Shown: positions 37,935 through 51,059 of the stretch, in pieces
Position numbering within the stretch: position 1 is the stretch's first letter
Layout: every line of letters starts with the position of its first letter
DNA from: Lama glama
Taxonomy: Eukaryota
Assembly: GCA_028534125.1 (NCBI GenBank)
Contig: CM052816.1
Coordinates: 80,974,001-81,038,000 of the forward strand
Direction of reading: 5' to 3'
Length of the DNA: 64,000 nucleotides
Made by a program: the position numbers and the translations under genes
Notes under the pieces: model-generated
Databases searched by the model: none
What the model was told of the DNA's origin: nothing
The model's input: the letters and a program-made list of their open reading frames with translations, nothing else

Positions 37935-38120
37935 TTAACACTTATCGAGTATTGACTATGTGCTAAGATCTATGCTTACTAAATAAATTCTTAAAACTAT
38001 TCTTTGAGATCGGTATTTATACCACCATTTTACAAATGGGGAAAAGCACCAATGCCAGTAAGAGGCAAACTGGGGCATTCAAACATAGTTCTACTAACTC
38101 CAATAGAGTTTTCCTTCCAC
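37935..38120 (-). mobile_element. MIR fragment
   Basis: aacacttatcgagtattgactatgtgcta...ccattttacaaatggggaaa. Confidence 0.6.
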
Positions 38121-38644
38121 GGTAGCCACCATTTTCTGAATACGTATTATGCCTCAGGCTCTGAAATAGACAGTTTAATATGTCTAGATGGTTCACATGA
38201 TGTGCCCATATATGAGCAAACTCTAATGCTTCTCTGGGAAGTAGGGTGACAGTCTTACCCCAAGTATCAGTTGGTTGGGAAATGCATGGGAAGCATTTCT
38301 AGGGTAGTATAGAGTTGTGTTGCATTTTGTGTTTTATTGGAAGATAAAGAAGAATTTGGGTGCAGATACCTAAGGGAACAGAACAAACTAGGATAGTGGA
38401 GGGGAAGAACTGGCCTTCTTTTATCCATTCATCCTCCCACCCCCACTCCAAACCTGATTGGTTGGTTTTCTGGCCCAACATAAGAAGAACTAGATTAGAA
38501 TTTCCCCCTTGAAATTCCATTTAAGAGTCAGGGCATAAACAGTGCTGATTTGGCGCTCAGATGATCAAATGGAGTTCAGAATGGAGCATGCCCCATAGCG
38601 TCTGCTCGTGCCCTGTGGAGAAGGAGGGAGCAGCGCTCTCCTAG

Positions 38645-39146
38645 CTTACTAGTTTCCTAAAGCTGCTAGTAACAAATTACTGCAAACTCAGTGGGTTAAG
38701 ACAACAGAAATTTATTCTCTCACGGCTCTGGAAACCTGAAGTTTAAGATCAGTACCACTGGGCCAAAATCAAGATATTGGCAGGGCAACTTTGCCTCTGG
38801 AGTCTCTAGGGAAGTGTCTGTTTCTTGTCTCTTTCAACTGCTGGTGGCTGCTAGCATTCTTTGACTTGTGTCTCATCACTCCAGTCTTCAAAGCCAACAT
38901 CTTCAAATCTCTCTGTCTCCATCTTCACATCACTTTCTCTTCTACATCAAAGGTGCCTGTGCTTTCCTCTCGTAAAGATACCTGTGATTGCATTTGGTTG
39001 CCTACCATGATAATCCAAGACAATCTCCCATCTCAGTCAATCTCATCATCTTAATCAAATGTGCAAAACTCTGTATTCATATAATGTAATGTGCACATGT
39101 TCCAGGAGCTAGGATATAAATATCTCTGGGGGCCTAGTCTGCCACA
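38645..39146 (-). mobile_element. MLT1C-like MaLR solo LTR
   Basis: tagtttcctaaagctgctagtaacaaattactgcaaactcagtgggttaagacaacagaaatttattctctcac...gataatccaagacaatctcccatctca...gccaca. Confidence 0.85.
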
Positions 39147-41769
39147 CATTGGATCCTTGTCTTCCAAGGCAGTGGATGAGAACCTCACTCAGGACCCATA
39201 GCCATGCACTTCCCAGAGGGAGCACAGACAGAAGAAGAGCATTCTGTGAGACCCTGGAAATCTCTTTGACCCTAGAAAATTCCTGTATGTGACCCAGGGA
39301 AGCTTTGGTTGAGTGGGTGGGTAGGTGATAACCCACAGGAGCAGGTGTGAGCAAAGAGCCATGACAATTTGGAAATTGATCTTCATGTGGTTACACAGAC
39401 TCTCATGGGCTGATAGAGGATGAGATACTTGGATGAGCTGGAACCAGTACTTGATGGAGCAAAACACAAAAAGGGGTAATCAGAACGCAGCTTTATTTTC
39501 TTCAGTGCTTCCCTTAACTCAAAGGATGGGTAGCTAGTATTTCTTTCCCAACCTGGAAAAGGACTCAGGCAAGGCCTGTAATTTTCTAATCCCATTTGAA
39601 TATTTAAAGTTCTCTGATCAGTCTTAATCCAGTAAGTAAATGCTCAGGCCAGTAATATAATCACAATTTCTTGCTTTATTTAAAGGTAAGGCTGCTCCCT
39701 TCCTCTGGTTCAGTGCTACTTCTGGCTGAGACTCCCACAGTGTCTCCACAATGAGGAAAGAGGACATGATCCCCTTTCTGTTTCCCACCCTTGCACTTTC
39801 CTCCTCCTCCCACCCACCCTAAACGCCCCAGGGTTAGTCAGTTGTGGAGGTGGGGATAGCCAAGGGAATGTTTTTACTGAATGAAAGAGATATCATCTGA
39901 CACTGGTGCCCTCAGGGCATGGCAGATTCCCAACACTGATTCTTTTTCTCATGGGCAATTTTCTTCTGGGTTTCTCCTATATTCTCCCAATAAGGACATG
40001 AATTGACAATTCTTAAGAGATTGGCAATCTTGCTGACTGCTAAAGAGTCAACTCTCCAGCCCTGGGAACCCAGCAGTCACACAGGTCATTACCACACACA
40101 GGGTCCTTTGCCTCACCAGTGGCTCTACTGGACAAAATCCATTTAACCTGTGTCTAGGCCAACTCTCTCCCAAATGGACTCCATCAATTCCAAGGCAAAT
40201 GCTTATCTCATCTGCCTGTGCAGCCCCCAAAAAGGCAGTTATCCAATGCAGCCTGAATTTCTCTTCTCTACCAGCTCAAGCTTCTAGAATCCAAGCAATT
40301 TACAACTTTGCGACAAAAGCTTTACTAAAAAGGGATATCTTCATAGTATTGAGCTAATTCTCCATAAAATCCTCTCCCTCTTTTTCTTCTTCCTGTACAT
40401 TTGGTATTTGAAACTATAAAGAATATAGCATATAATTTTGACTTTCTGGAATGTGTGCCGACCTATGGCCTTCACCCAATGGATCCAGAGTATGTTAGAC
40501 AGAGTTCAGTGAACCCCAGGTACTGTTCTACCCTCTTCCTCAGTGTGAAGGTTTTTTCATTGCCTCAAAGGCTATATCTTTCCTCTCCAACTGCCAAGCA
40601 CAGAGCTTTGGTTCTAATAGATATAATACAGGTACAGCAAAATGTATATTCTTAGTTATCTCTGGGACCCTGCTCCAAATCCCTGTCTATCTGCCTACCC
40701 TGGTAATATTAAACCATCCAATCTAGAAACTTTAAATCTGATTCTACTTATTCTGTTGTCTTAAAGCTTACACAAGTTGACCTAAGAGCCTCCCTCTTTT
40801 TTCCATTTCTCCTGGGTAGCATCAACATATGAGAAAAAAAAGTCAAGTCTGTTTAGAAGCGAGATGGCCTCAAGGGCACTCCTGATGCAAAAACCCTTCA
40901 GTAACCTCAGAAACCCTGCTTCTTAGGTCATGGGGCCACAGTCCATTTTTTTTAAAGAAATGTGTTTTTGCCTTTACTATTTTACCTTTTCTATAATATT
41001 GATTTCAGTTTTAATTTAACCTCATCACTGCAAAGGCAGATGAAAATATTCTGATTTCTCTGCTAGAAAAAATATTCAAGATTCTTATCAGCCAACATAA
41101 GCAGAGAAGTTGTTTTTCAAAATACACAAATGTCTTGTAGTTAATGAAAGAACTTTTCTTCAGTTTTTAATAATATTTTAAAGCCTAATCATCTTGGTAA
41201 CAATGATAATATATATTTGTTGACTATTTAAAGATCTATATAGATCTCCAAAATATGTCATCCCTCAAAGACAAATAACATGGTGGAATTTACTAGTTAC
41301 ATGGCTTTACAGAAAGGAATTCATTGTTTTGCAGTGGAACTTTAATGGATGATAAATGAGATTTGAAGCAAGATGAATTTCTTTAATATACCTCCTGGAT
41401 ACGGAATGAAGAAATGGAGGTTAGGAGATTCAACTTATACTTTAAAAATAACCACTTATTGGGTTATATTAGACTTTCATGATAAAGTACCATCATTTTA
41501 TAAAATACTGATTGCCAGCCAGTACTAGGAAGGAATTATAAAACTACAAACCAAAATACTTAGGAAACTCTTAACTATATCTTAGTAAAATTAATTAAAG
41601 ACTCCTATAAAAGAGAGAATTACAACTTGCAAACATACATTCACAATTGATGAGAAGTATAAGTATGATTTTCAGTGATGAATCATCTATAGTGTGTTCC
41701 ACTTAGGGAATATCAGCCAAAATTGCTTTTAGCTAATGTAAATAGCATGCGTTTTATTTTTGGACAGAA

Positions 41770-41910
41770 GAAGATATACGTTCAGATTCTGTTTGCCACT
41801 TTCTAAATGTAACCTTGAGCAATTTATTTGGCTTGTCTGAGACCAGGTTCCTCACCAAAATGGAATAATAATAATAAAAATACTCCACCATTTGTAAAAA
41901 TTAAATGACT
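41770..41910 (+). mobile_element. MIR fragment
   Basis: gccactttctaaatgtaaccttgagcaatttattt...ttcctcaccaaaatggaataataata. Confidence 0.65.
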
Positions 41911-41914
41911 TATC

Positions 41915-43975
41915 TCACTTGCAGTGAAGGCAATCTAAGAAATTCATACCAAATAAACAACTAGAAAATAGTTTTTTTTTAATTTTTCCACTTAAAACTC
42001 TGAAGAGCCAATAAGACAGTGAAGAAATAAAGAGACAAAAATCTGAGAAAAGAAAGAAATCTACAGAAGTAAGCTCAACGTGAGGACTCTATCCCCACCA
42101 GTATCTGCTGGTTCTGGAAGAGGACACTGAGGAGCCTAGAAGTAAGCAGAACTTTCAACTGACTCACATGAGAAAATAGTTGTTGTTCAGAGTGTTTTCA
42201 GTAGAGAGCGTGAAAGGCAGCTTCTTAGAAACAATCGTGAATCAGAAATGAAACAGTCCTCACAGGGACTGAAGCCTAACTTCAAGTCATCTTAATCCAA
42301 AGGTAAGAAAGGAGAGGTTCCATGCAGGTGGAACCAAGAGAATCAAGTAACAGTACAGTAGATTTAAACTCAAGTGTATCAATAATTACCTTAAATAGAA
42401 ATGAACTAAATGCTCCAATTAAAGGACAAAAAATGATAGAATGGCATAGAGTATATGTACCCTCTGCTTACCATGGGTCAAACCCAAAATATAAAGAAAT
42501 ATAAAATCTGGAAGTAAAAATGGGAAAAAAATACCATGCAAATACTAATTGTGGTAGTTTTAAAATAGGCCCATGAATTCTTTGATACTTCTCCCTTCAA
42601 AGGCAGAGCTTAATTCCTCTCTTCTTGAGAATGGGTTTCACTTAGTGGCTCACTTCTAATGCATAGAATATAGCAGAAGTAAAAATGTGTAACTTCTGAG
42701 TGTAGGCCATAAAATACTTGTGGGTTCCTCCTTAATCTCTCTCCCTCAGATTTCTTGCTCTGTGGGAAGCTAACTTGCATATCACGAAGACACTCAAGCA
42801 GCCTTATGGAGAGGTCCATGTGATGAGGAACCAAGGCTTCCTGTCAACAACCAATAAGAAACTGAGGCCTCCAGCCAACAAGCTTGTGAGTGAGCCATCT
42901 TGGAAGTAGATTGTTCAATCCCATTCAAACTTCTCATAAAGTTATAACCCCACTTGACATCTTGACTGCAACCTCATGAGAGACTGGGCTGATCCTATAT
43001 TCCTGACTCCCTTAAACTATTAGAAACAATTTTGTTGTTTTAAACTACTGAATTTTGGGGGTACTGAAAGCTGGTATGGCTACATTAATATGAGAAAAAT
43101 ATATTTATACTCTAAGGCCAAAAAGAAAGAGGCATTATGGAAAAATGGTTCAGTTTAACAGACAGATATAAGTATAAATCTGTATCATCTAATAATATAG
43201 CCTGAAAACACTTAAAGTAAAAACTTGTGGAATTATAAGAAATATTAAACAAATTCACAATAGCACATTTATGCTGGGATATTCTAAAAATAGCTCTATA
43301 TAACTAATAGAACAAGCAGAACAAAAAATGATATAAAATATTTGAACAACACGGTTAAAATGTATGTAATTGAATACTCAACAGCTACAAACCACACATT
43401 GTTTTCAAATACGTGTGGAAATTTTTCAAAATTGCTGGACCATAAAACAACTCAACAAATTTCACATAGACTATATTAAAAAGATAATGAGAAAATTTCC
43501 ATATATTTGGAAAATACAAAATATACTTCTAAATAACCTCTGGGTCAAAGAAGAGATTACAAAGGAAATCAGAAAATATTTTGAACTTAATGAAAATATA
43601 TGTGGAGTTCAACTGAAGTCATGTGTTAGAGGGAAATATATAGTCTTAAATGCATATATTAGGAAAGAATAAAGGGCAAGAATCAATGATCTAAGAATTT
43701 ATCTCGAGGAGCTCATTAAAGAATGCCAAACTAAACCCCCCAAAACAGAAGAACTAATGAAGAAAGGAGCAGAAATTGATGGAACAGAAAACTAAAATAT
43801 ATTAGAACTAAAAAGTAAAAACTGATTCTTTGAAAAGACTAATAAAACTAATAAACTCTGGGAAAAACTTATCAAGAGCAAATAAGGCACAAATTAGTAA
43901 TATTAGGGTTGAAAAAGCTGTTATTTCTATAGATCCTATACACATTTAAAATATAACAAGAGGATATTATATATA
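41915..43975 (+). mobile_element. Old L1 (5' region and ORF2 endonuclease), interrupted by an MLT1 LTR
   Basis: SIITLNRNELNAPIK (ORF2 start) and LLNNLWVKEEITKEIRKYFELNEN (ORF2). Confidence 0.8.
42550..43063 (+). mobile_element. MLT1F-like MaLR solo LTR
   Basis: tgtggtagttttaaaataggccca...ggagaggtccatgtgatgaggaac...tgagccatcttggaagtagat...ttgactgcaacctcatgagagac. Confidence 0.85.
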
Positions 43976-44609
43976 AGTTCATAGACTGTAATTCTATAAT
44001 CTCTCCACAATCACAGTTATCTTCTTTCTTATTTATCAATTTTGTATTAACCTTCTTCAGTTTTAGAATAGTTATCTAAACTTTCCTACAAATTACTGGT
44101 TCCATTATCTTCAGTTGCAAGTCTTCTTATGGCTGTCATTGAAAAATGTTTTCTCATTGGCTTTTTATTCTGTTGGCCTCCCGTTTTATTTTGGCTTAAT
44201 CTTATTTAGTATAAATAATATCCTATTTCATCCCATTGAGGAGAAAAAGGCTACTTGATTTTTTTAAACTTATTTTTCTTTGATGTAAATCAATTTTAGG
44301 ACTTTTCACATGTTGTTAATTTCTGTTCCTTTCTACTGCAGAATATTTTTTCAGTTCTCAGGTTCTCAAACTATTTTTGCTGTTTTTTGTAATTTGACCA
44401 TCTTTGAGACTTTAAGATTTTAAATTCATCAAGAGCATCAAATATAAATGAAGAGAATCTTGTTGGAACCAAACCAAGGACAGGCCTTACATAAACAAAA
44501 GCCCCCAACATTTCTCCCTCCCTCCTTGCTTCCCCAGACACATACACATTGCGGTGTTCCTACTTCTCTCTACTCACATCTGAAGCTGGAAGGCAACTTG
44601 GAAGGCAGA

Positions 44610-44850
44610 AGAGGCAATGGTAAGAGAACTAACTGACTTTGAAATCCGTAATATCCAGCTCCAACGTCTACTGACTTTTGAATAACTTTGGGCAAATTAG
44701 TTAACCTACTCAAGCTCTAACCAGTTAAATTGAGATGAATAACAGTAGCCTTCTCACAAGTTTGTTGTAATGAATAAATAAAATTATGTGTGAACATAGT
44801 TATAATAGCGCCTGGTCCGTATTTAATACTCAATGAATAGAAGCTAAGAA
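44610..44850 (+). mobile_element. MIR SINE
   Basis: actttgggcaaattagttaacct...gcgcctggtccgtatttaatactcaatgaat. Confidence 0.7.
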
Positions 44851-45419
44851 TAATAGCCAGCCCAGCTCCCCACTCCAGTCTGACTGCAGAGAGGGCCAGA
44901 GGCAAACAGGAGTAGCTAGAAGGCTAGCTACGCAGACCCAAAAGCCATAACTGAGACCTTCTCATCCACGTGGAAGTATAATGCCAAAATTTAAGGTAAA
45001 AAAACGTGTCCCTCAAGTTTGCATGTTAAATGCCAATATCAGTATCTCAAAGGAAGCATTTAAGTCAATAGTCAACTGAAAACCCGTCTCTCTCCTTAAG
45101 CAGACTTCATGAGGGTGAAACACCAGACACTAGCTAACAGCACAGTTCGCAGTGACGTGATTAAGTTCATATAGCTTCTTTGGGTGCATGTTGAGCTTCA
45201 CACTCATTAGCTTTCTTCCAGGTTCACTCCAAAGATCTTCAGCCATCTCTCACAGACCGGCTTGCCCTTTTCCATGAAAAGAATCTATTTGACTTTTTAA
45301 AGTTTTTTCAGATCGAAAGAGTAAAGCCTTCAGATCAAGAAGTAAAAATAAAGGGAGCTAGCTGAAATTGCTGATTATTCAGGACAAGTGGAATGTGTGT
45401 ATAGATTGCTGAAAGGATT

Positions 45420-45760
45420 TATTATTCAATTAGTAATTTAACGAATACTTATTTCCTGCTCTATACAGTCATGGCTATAGCCCTGGGGCTATAGAAACAA
45501 AATAGACAAACACTGACCTCAGACAGATCAAAGTCTAGCAGGAAAACTAACAAGTAAGCAGATGACTAAAAGACAGTGTGACAACAGTGGCAAAAACAGG
45601 GAGCTGTGGGAATGCATGGAAGAGCAGAGCTTTGAAGGATGAGTGGGATGTAGCTAGATAAAACATTAAAGAAAAGATGGTCCAGGGGAGAAACAGGTAC
45701 AAAGTAAGACAAAGCTGACATTCACTGAGACCTGCAAAGTTTTACATAGCTACAGTATGA
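45420..45760 (-). mobile_element. L2 3' fragment
   Basis: attcaattagtaatttaacgaatacttatt...gagctttgaaggatgagtggg. Confidence 0.55.
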
Positions 45761-45774
45761 GATACGATGAGCGA

Positions 45775-46100
45775 TTTTTACCTCCAAAATGCTTCAAATT
45801 TTTCCACTCTGCCCATCTCCAGTACCAAACTCTTTTTTTTTTTTAAGTGACTATCATCTGTTGCCTGCGTTACTGCAGATGCATCCCAATCCGTTGTCCT
45901 ACATTCCTTTTTCCCTACTTTGCAATCCAGTCTTCCCATGGAAGCTGAAATAATTTTTAAAACACAAATTAAATCCCCAGTTATATGTTCTTGTAGCACT
46001 TGTGCACTTTTCCTTCGTAGCATTTATCATAGTTTGTAATTAAGTTTAATTTTATAATTAATTATTATTTAATTATATCTGATCCTTCCACTGGAATGTA
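45775..46100 (+). mobile_element. L2 fragment
   Basis: ccactctgcccatctccagtacc...aataatttttaaaacacaaattaaatc...ccttcgtagcatttatcatagtttgtaat. Confidence 0.55.
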
Positions 46101-47166
46101 AAAGAATGGAAAATTATAAGCCCTATATCTTTTGCAAAACTTTGGTTAAAATTGTAACTAAAATCTTAAGTTGTAAGTCAAAACATTACTTAATGAGAAA
46201 CTCTGATGAAGAATAAGGCCATTAAGACAGATCTCATGAAAATGTAACTAAACTAGTTATTACTTCTTATTATTATACAAGTTAATGAAATAAAGGCCAG
46301 AGGATATTTACATTCTTGTGACCATAAAACACAAACACCAGAGAACCAGCCAGGTGGGATGAAGTTTTTGTCTAAGTTAAATATGTATACATTGTCATAT
46401 TTTGTCATCGTGAAAGTATCTTTTTTTTTTTCTGACAATGGTAAGATGTCTCTTGATATTCTTCTAGTAACATTTTTCCACAGCACTTATAAAGCTGTGA
46501 TGATTGCAAAATCAATAATTTCACATTTTTATATATTAGACTATTAGATTATGTTTAGTAGGAAATTGAATTTAGTCTCTTAAGTGGTCACGAACACACC
46601 AGCATCTTGACAGTTAACTTATTACCTGTGGGATAACTTATTTTATTCTCTAACTTCATTAACTAAGTCATATACATGAGCTATATACAATTACTTGCTT
46701 GTTGAAAAACATTAAGGCCCTCTTGTCTTAGCTTCATGCAAGTTTGTTTTAGAAAAATAAGTTGTTCAGAAAATTGTTTTAGAAAAAATGATTTTTAAGA
46801 AAAATTTTAGTTGAAGTAAAACACATAGAAATTTTTCCAAATTGTAAATCTATCACTGGATGAAACTTTACAAATTGAAAAGATTCCATGTAATAAGCAT
46901 CCAGGTGAAGAAACAGAACATTATCAGTGTCCTAAGAGCTTCCCTTTGTCCCTTTCTAGTCTCTGCCTCCGTAAAAGGAGCCACTACCCTGACTTCCAAC
47001 AGCACAGATTAGTTTTTCCTGTTTTGAACTTTATATAAATGAAATTGTACAGTTTTTAACTATTTAGGTCTTGCATTTTTGTGCTACATTATATTTGTGA
47101 GATTCATCCACATTGTTGCACACAGCTGTGGCTCATTTATCCTCATTTTCTTTACAGTGTTCCACT

Positions 47167-47822
47167 GTATGGTAGCAAATAAAAACAAAGCTGGACATAA
47201 ATAAGGAAAGACTTTATCCAAAAAGACTGTTGTTCTAGGGACAATGCTCTGATCTCAGAAATCTACAAGTGTCTCAAAGTCAAACAGAAAAAGGCTTTCC
47301 TCTATATAAAATATATAAACAACAAGGACCTACTGTAGAGCACAGGGAACTATATTTAATTTCTTGTGATAACATATAGTGAAAAAGATTCTGAAAAGAA
47401 AATATATATATATATATGTATATGTATGTCTATATATAACTGAATCACTTTGCTGTAGCTGTGTACCTGAAACTAACATTGTAAATCAACTACACTTTAA
47501 TATAAAATTTAAAAAACAACAAAAAAAGGCTTTTCTTTTATATGGAAGAAGAAGGATTAAAAGGAACTTTGTGACAGAGGCAGGCACAAGGTGGGGGTGA
47601 ACAGTTGGCAAAATCAGGGTGTTTCAACAGGAAATGTTTTTCTCTGTGGTCGGCCAGTTTTCAGAATGAGCTGTTAAGGAGGGATGTTCTGCACCTTAAT
47701 GTTTTGGCACTTGTTTAAATCTGGGGGTAAGCCAAAGTTTAGGAGCCTGCAGGGAGGAGAGAAGCCTAACTAAAGTTTGGTCCAGCTGAAGCAGAGAACA
47801 AGAAACGGGCACTCGTGAACAC
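47167..47822. mobile_element. Probable ERV solo LTR, family not recognised
   Basis: Non-L1 block interrupting the L1ME, with TG...CA-compatible ends and the layout of an antisense LTR (ctttat near the start, cttttata downstream). Confidence 0.45.
47301..47522 (+). mobile_element. Short L1 3'UTR-only insertion with TSD
   Basis: aaacaacaaggacctactgtagagcacagggaactat...ttgtaaatcaactac; TSD aaaaaggcttt at 47288-47298 and 47523-47533. Confidence 0.9.
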
Positions 47823-48239
47823 TTGGCCAATGACTGTACCACAAGTTTGAGTGGATACAGCCAAACAGTTTGCCAACGTAGTTACAACAAGTCAGACTTC
47901 CACCACCAGTGTACTAGAATTCAAATTGCTCCTTATCTTCTCCAACATTGGATATTACCCTGTTTTTCATTTTAGATATTCTAGTGAGAATGAAGTATAT
48001 CTCACTATGGTTTTATATTTCATCTGCCTGATATCTGATGAAGTTGAGCATCTTTTCTTTTCTAACATATGTATTTTAAAGCTGTAAATTTTCCTTTAAG
48101 AATGACTTTAGCTGCATCTCCCAAGTTTTGATCTTCATTATCAATGAGCTCTAAATATTTTCTGATTTTCATTGTGGTCTCTTCTTTGACCCATGAGTCA
48201 GATTCATTTTCAAACAGTAAAAGTCTAGTTTCTTCAATA

Positions 48240-48720
48240 GTGTTGTAATGAGCAGTGAGAGAACTACATGCTTTTGCTTGCCATTATTTTCCCAGTGTCT
48301 AACAAAGTGCTGGAACATAGTAAGCACTTAATAAATATTTGTTGAGTGAATGACTTAACTAGTTAATTAATTGAGTGAGTAGACTGAAAAGTCAAGCAAG
48401 GGACAAATCATGAAAGACTTTAGGTGGCAAGCTAAAGAGTTTGGATTTTCACCTGAAAATGGTGAAGAACCTTTGAAGGGGTCAATCAGAGTAATGATAT
48501 GATCTGATTTGTGTTCTAGACAGATTAGTTTGACAGTAGTGTAGAGGATGAGTTAGAAGTAATAAATTAAAATGAGGAAGATTTATGTATCCACCATCAA
48601 ATATTTATTGTCTACTGTGTGCCAGGCACTATTCAAACCATGAGAAAAAAAGCAGTGAACAAGACATAGCAAAATTCCTGCCTTATAAAGTTTACATTAT
48701 AATAAGAGATGCTAAATAAA
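48240..48720. mobile_element. Cluster of L2 3' fragments in both orientations
   Basis: Plus: aaagtgctggaacatagtaagcacttaataaatatttgttgagtgaatga. Minus: caaatatttattgtctactgtgtgccaggcactatt. Confidence 0.7.
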
Positions 48721-48867
48721 ATTTATTTTAATACATTCAGGGGCTAACAGTTCACAATAGTAAAATATACTGTATTTAGGAAATAGTGTTTAAAATAAAA
48801 ACTTATTAAAGAAAATAGAACTGATCCTATCTTCTCTACTCAAGTTTTTCTTTTAATAAAATGAAAT

Positions 48868-50109
48868 GACTATGAACCTCTTAGAAGAAAACATAGGCAA
48901 AACATTATCTGACATAAATCTTAGCAATGTTCTCCTAGGGCTGTCTATCCAGGCAATAGAAATAAAAGCAAAAATCAACAAATGATACCTAATTAAACCT
49001 ATAAGCTTTTGCACAGCAAAGGAAACCATAAGCAAAACAAAAAGACAACCTACAGAATGGGAGAAAATATTTGCAAAAGATGAGACTAACGAGGGCTTAC
49101 TTTCCAGAATATATAAACAGCTCATACAACTCCATGGTGAAAAAACAAAGAACTCAATCCAAAAATGGGCAGAAGACCTAAACAAGCAATTCTTCAATGA
49201 AGACATACAAATGGCCAATAGGCATATGAAAAAATGCTTGTTATCACTAATTATTAGAGAGATGCAGATCAAAACTACAGTGAGGTACCACCTCACAGCA
49301 GTCAGAATGGCCATCATTAAAAAGTCCACAAATGACAAATGCTGGAGAGGCTGTGGAGAAAAGGGAACCCTCCTACACTGCTGGGGGGAATGTAGTTTGG
49401 TGCAGCCATTATGGAAGACAGTATGGAGATTCCTCAAAAGACTAGAAATAGACTTACCATATGATCCAGCAATCCCACTCCTGGGCATATATCCAGAGGG
49501 AACCTTAATTGAAAAAGATACATGCACCACAGTGCTCATAGCAGCGCTGTTTACAATAACCAAGACATGGAAACAACCTAAATATCCATCAACAGATGAC
49601 TGGATAAAGAAGATGTGGTATATTTATACAATGGAATACTACTCAGACATAAAAGAGAATACAATAATGCTATTTGCAGCAACATGGATGTTCTGGAGAA
49701 GGTCATTCTAAGTGAAGTAAGCCAGAAAGAGAAAGAAAAACACTGTATGACATCACTTATTTGTAGAATCTTAAAAAAAAAGACAAATGAACTTATTTAC
49801 AAGACAGAAACAGACTCACAGACATAGAAAACAAACTTACAGTTACCAAGGGGTAAAGGGGGTGGGAAGGGATAAATTGACAGTTCGAGATTTGCAGATA
49901 CTACTATATATAAAATAGTTAAACAACAAGTTTATACTGTACAGCACAGGAAACTATATTCAATATCTTGTAGTAACCTATAATGAAAAAGAATATGAAA
50001 ACATATGTATGTATATGTATGACTGAACTATTATGCTGTACACCAGAAATTGATACAACATTGTAAACTGACTATACTCCAATAAAAATGAAAGAAAAGA
50101 AAAAAAAAG
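48868..50109 (+). mobile_element. Relatively young 5'-truncated L1 (ORF2 C-terminal third, full 3'UTR, A-tail)
   Basis: [29 protein letters not shown]...[19 protein letters not shown] (CCHC region); in-frame TGA near 48983; frameshift near 49692; aataaa followed by an A-rich tail. Confidence 0.97.
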
Positions 50110-51059
50110 AGTATTGTGATGATAATGGATAGAATGGTGTTCATACCCTGAGCCAGAGTTAGAGACAGCACAGTGGTAAGTGAATCACATGTTTATCTTT
50201 CAGGGAAAGTATGGATTCTATGTTTTCCATTTATATAAAAAAAAAGGAGCAGAAAAAGAAAGAAGTGCTGTTACCTAGAAAACCTTCTGCTGAATAAAGC
50301 CTCTTGATGATGTTAGCGTTGTGATGCCATTTGACAGGTGGCTTGAGGAAACCCTAATATTGCAGCTGGCATTGTAGGAGACCAGTATAATAATCTGCAG
50401 TTGATTCTAGGTGATTATCTAACTTCGGGTTGTCCTGGTTCCTGGCTTTTCTTCTCTCTCTTCCCTAATTCCTGCTTGGGGACCACTTTATTGTTCATCA
50501 GCACCTCTCTAATAGAGCTGACAGGAAACAATGGGGATGAAACTTATAATTTATACAAGATTTTTGAAGGAAAGAGCTGCAGAATAATTGTAAAATGAGA
50601 TTTGAAGACCTTTGGTGTCTTTAATAACATACCCTAATTTTATCCCATAGCAATTATAAGTGCACTGATTTGATTGCCTTTATTGTAAGCACCTTTATTA
50701 GACCCTCCAAGCAAATTCTATCATCCTACAAAGTATATTAGAGCTTCTGAAATAAAAGCTTTTATCTAAGTGCTGAGGACTGACCAGTGATGAACAGTTA
50801 TCACTGCTCCAGCCCTTATTTGCTCCTAACTGATGTCATCTCTGTAGGACTCTACCAATATCAAGCTTCCAACTTGAGGGGATTGACAAAGCAAACCGAC
50901 AAATGCAAGAACCAAATGCTGTGCTATAAAATTTATTTTGCCAATGTGACCAGCTGTGTTTGATGGGTTTGTGGCCTCTTTGAGAACTTTTATTATCTGG
51001 ATTCTTTGCTGGCTTTCTGCTCCCAATGACAAACAGTGTATGGTTTCACTTCTCCATAA

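Larger units (their letters stand above)
46800..48060 (-). mobile_element. L1ME-like 3' end hosting a nested LTR-like element
   Basis: accactaccctgacttccaacagcacagattagtttttcctgttttgaactttatataaatg; resumes near 47850 with gatacagccaaacagttt...gatgaagttgagcatctttt. Confidence 0.75.

Noticed and set aside
41080..41540. AT-rich stretch that might be a decayed transposon coding region
   Set aside because: No motif could be recovered in any frame.
48853..49563. 236-aa minus-strand ORF, the longest in the track
   Set aside because: Antisense shadow of L1 ORF2, a familiar spurious ORF; not a gene.
48840..50125. Target-site duplication for the 48.9-50.1 kb L1
   Set aside because: I could not find matching direct repeats at the two ends, so none is claimed.
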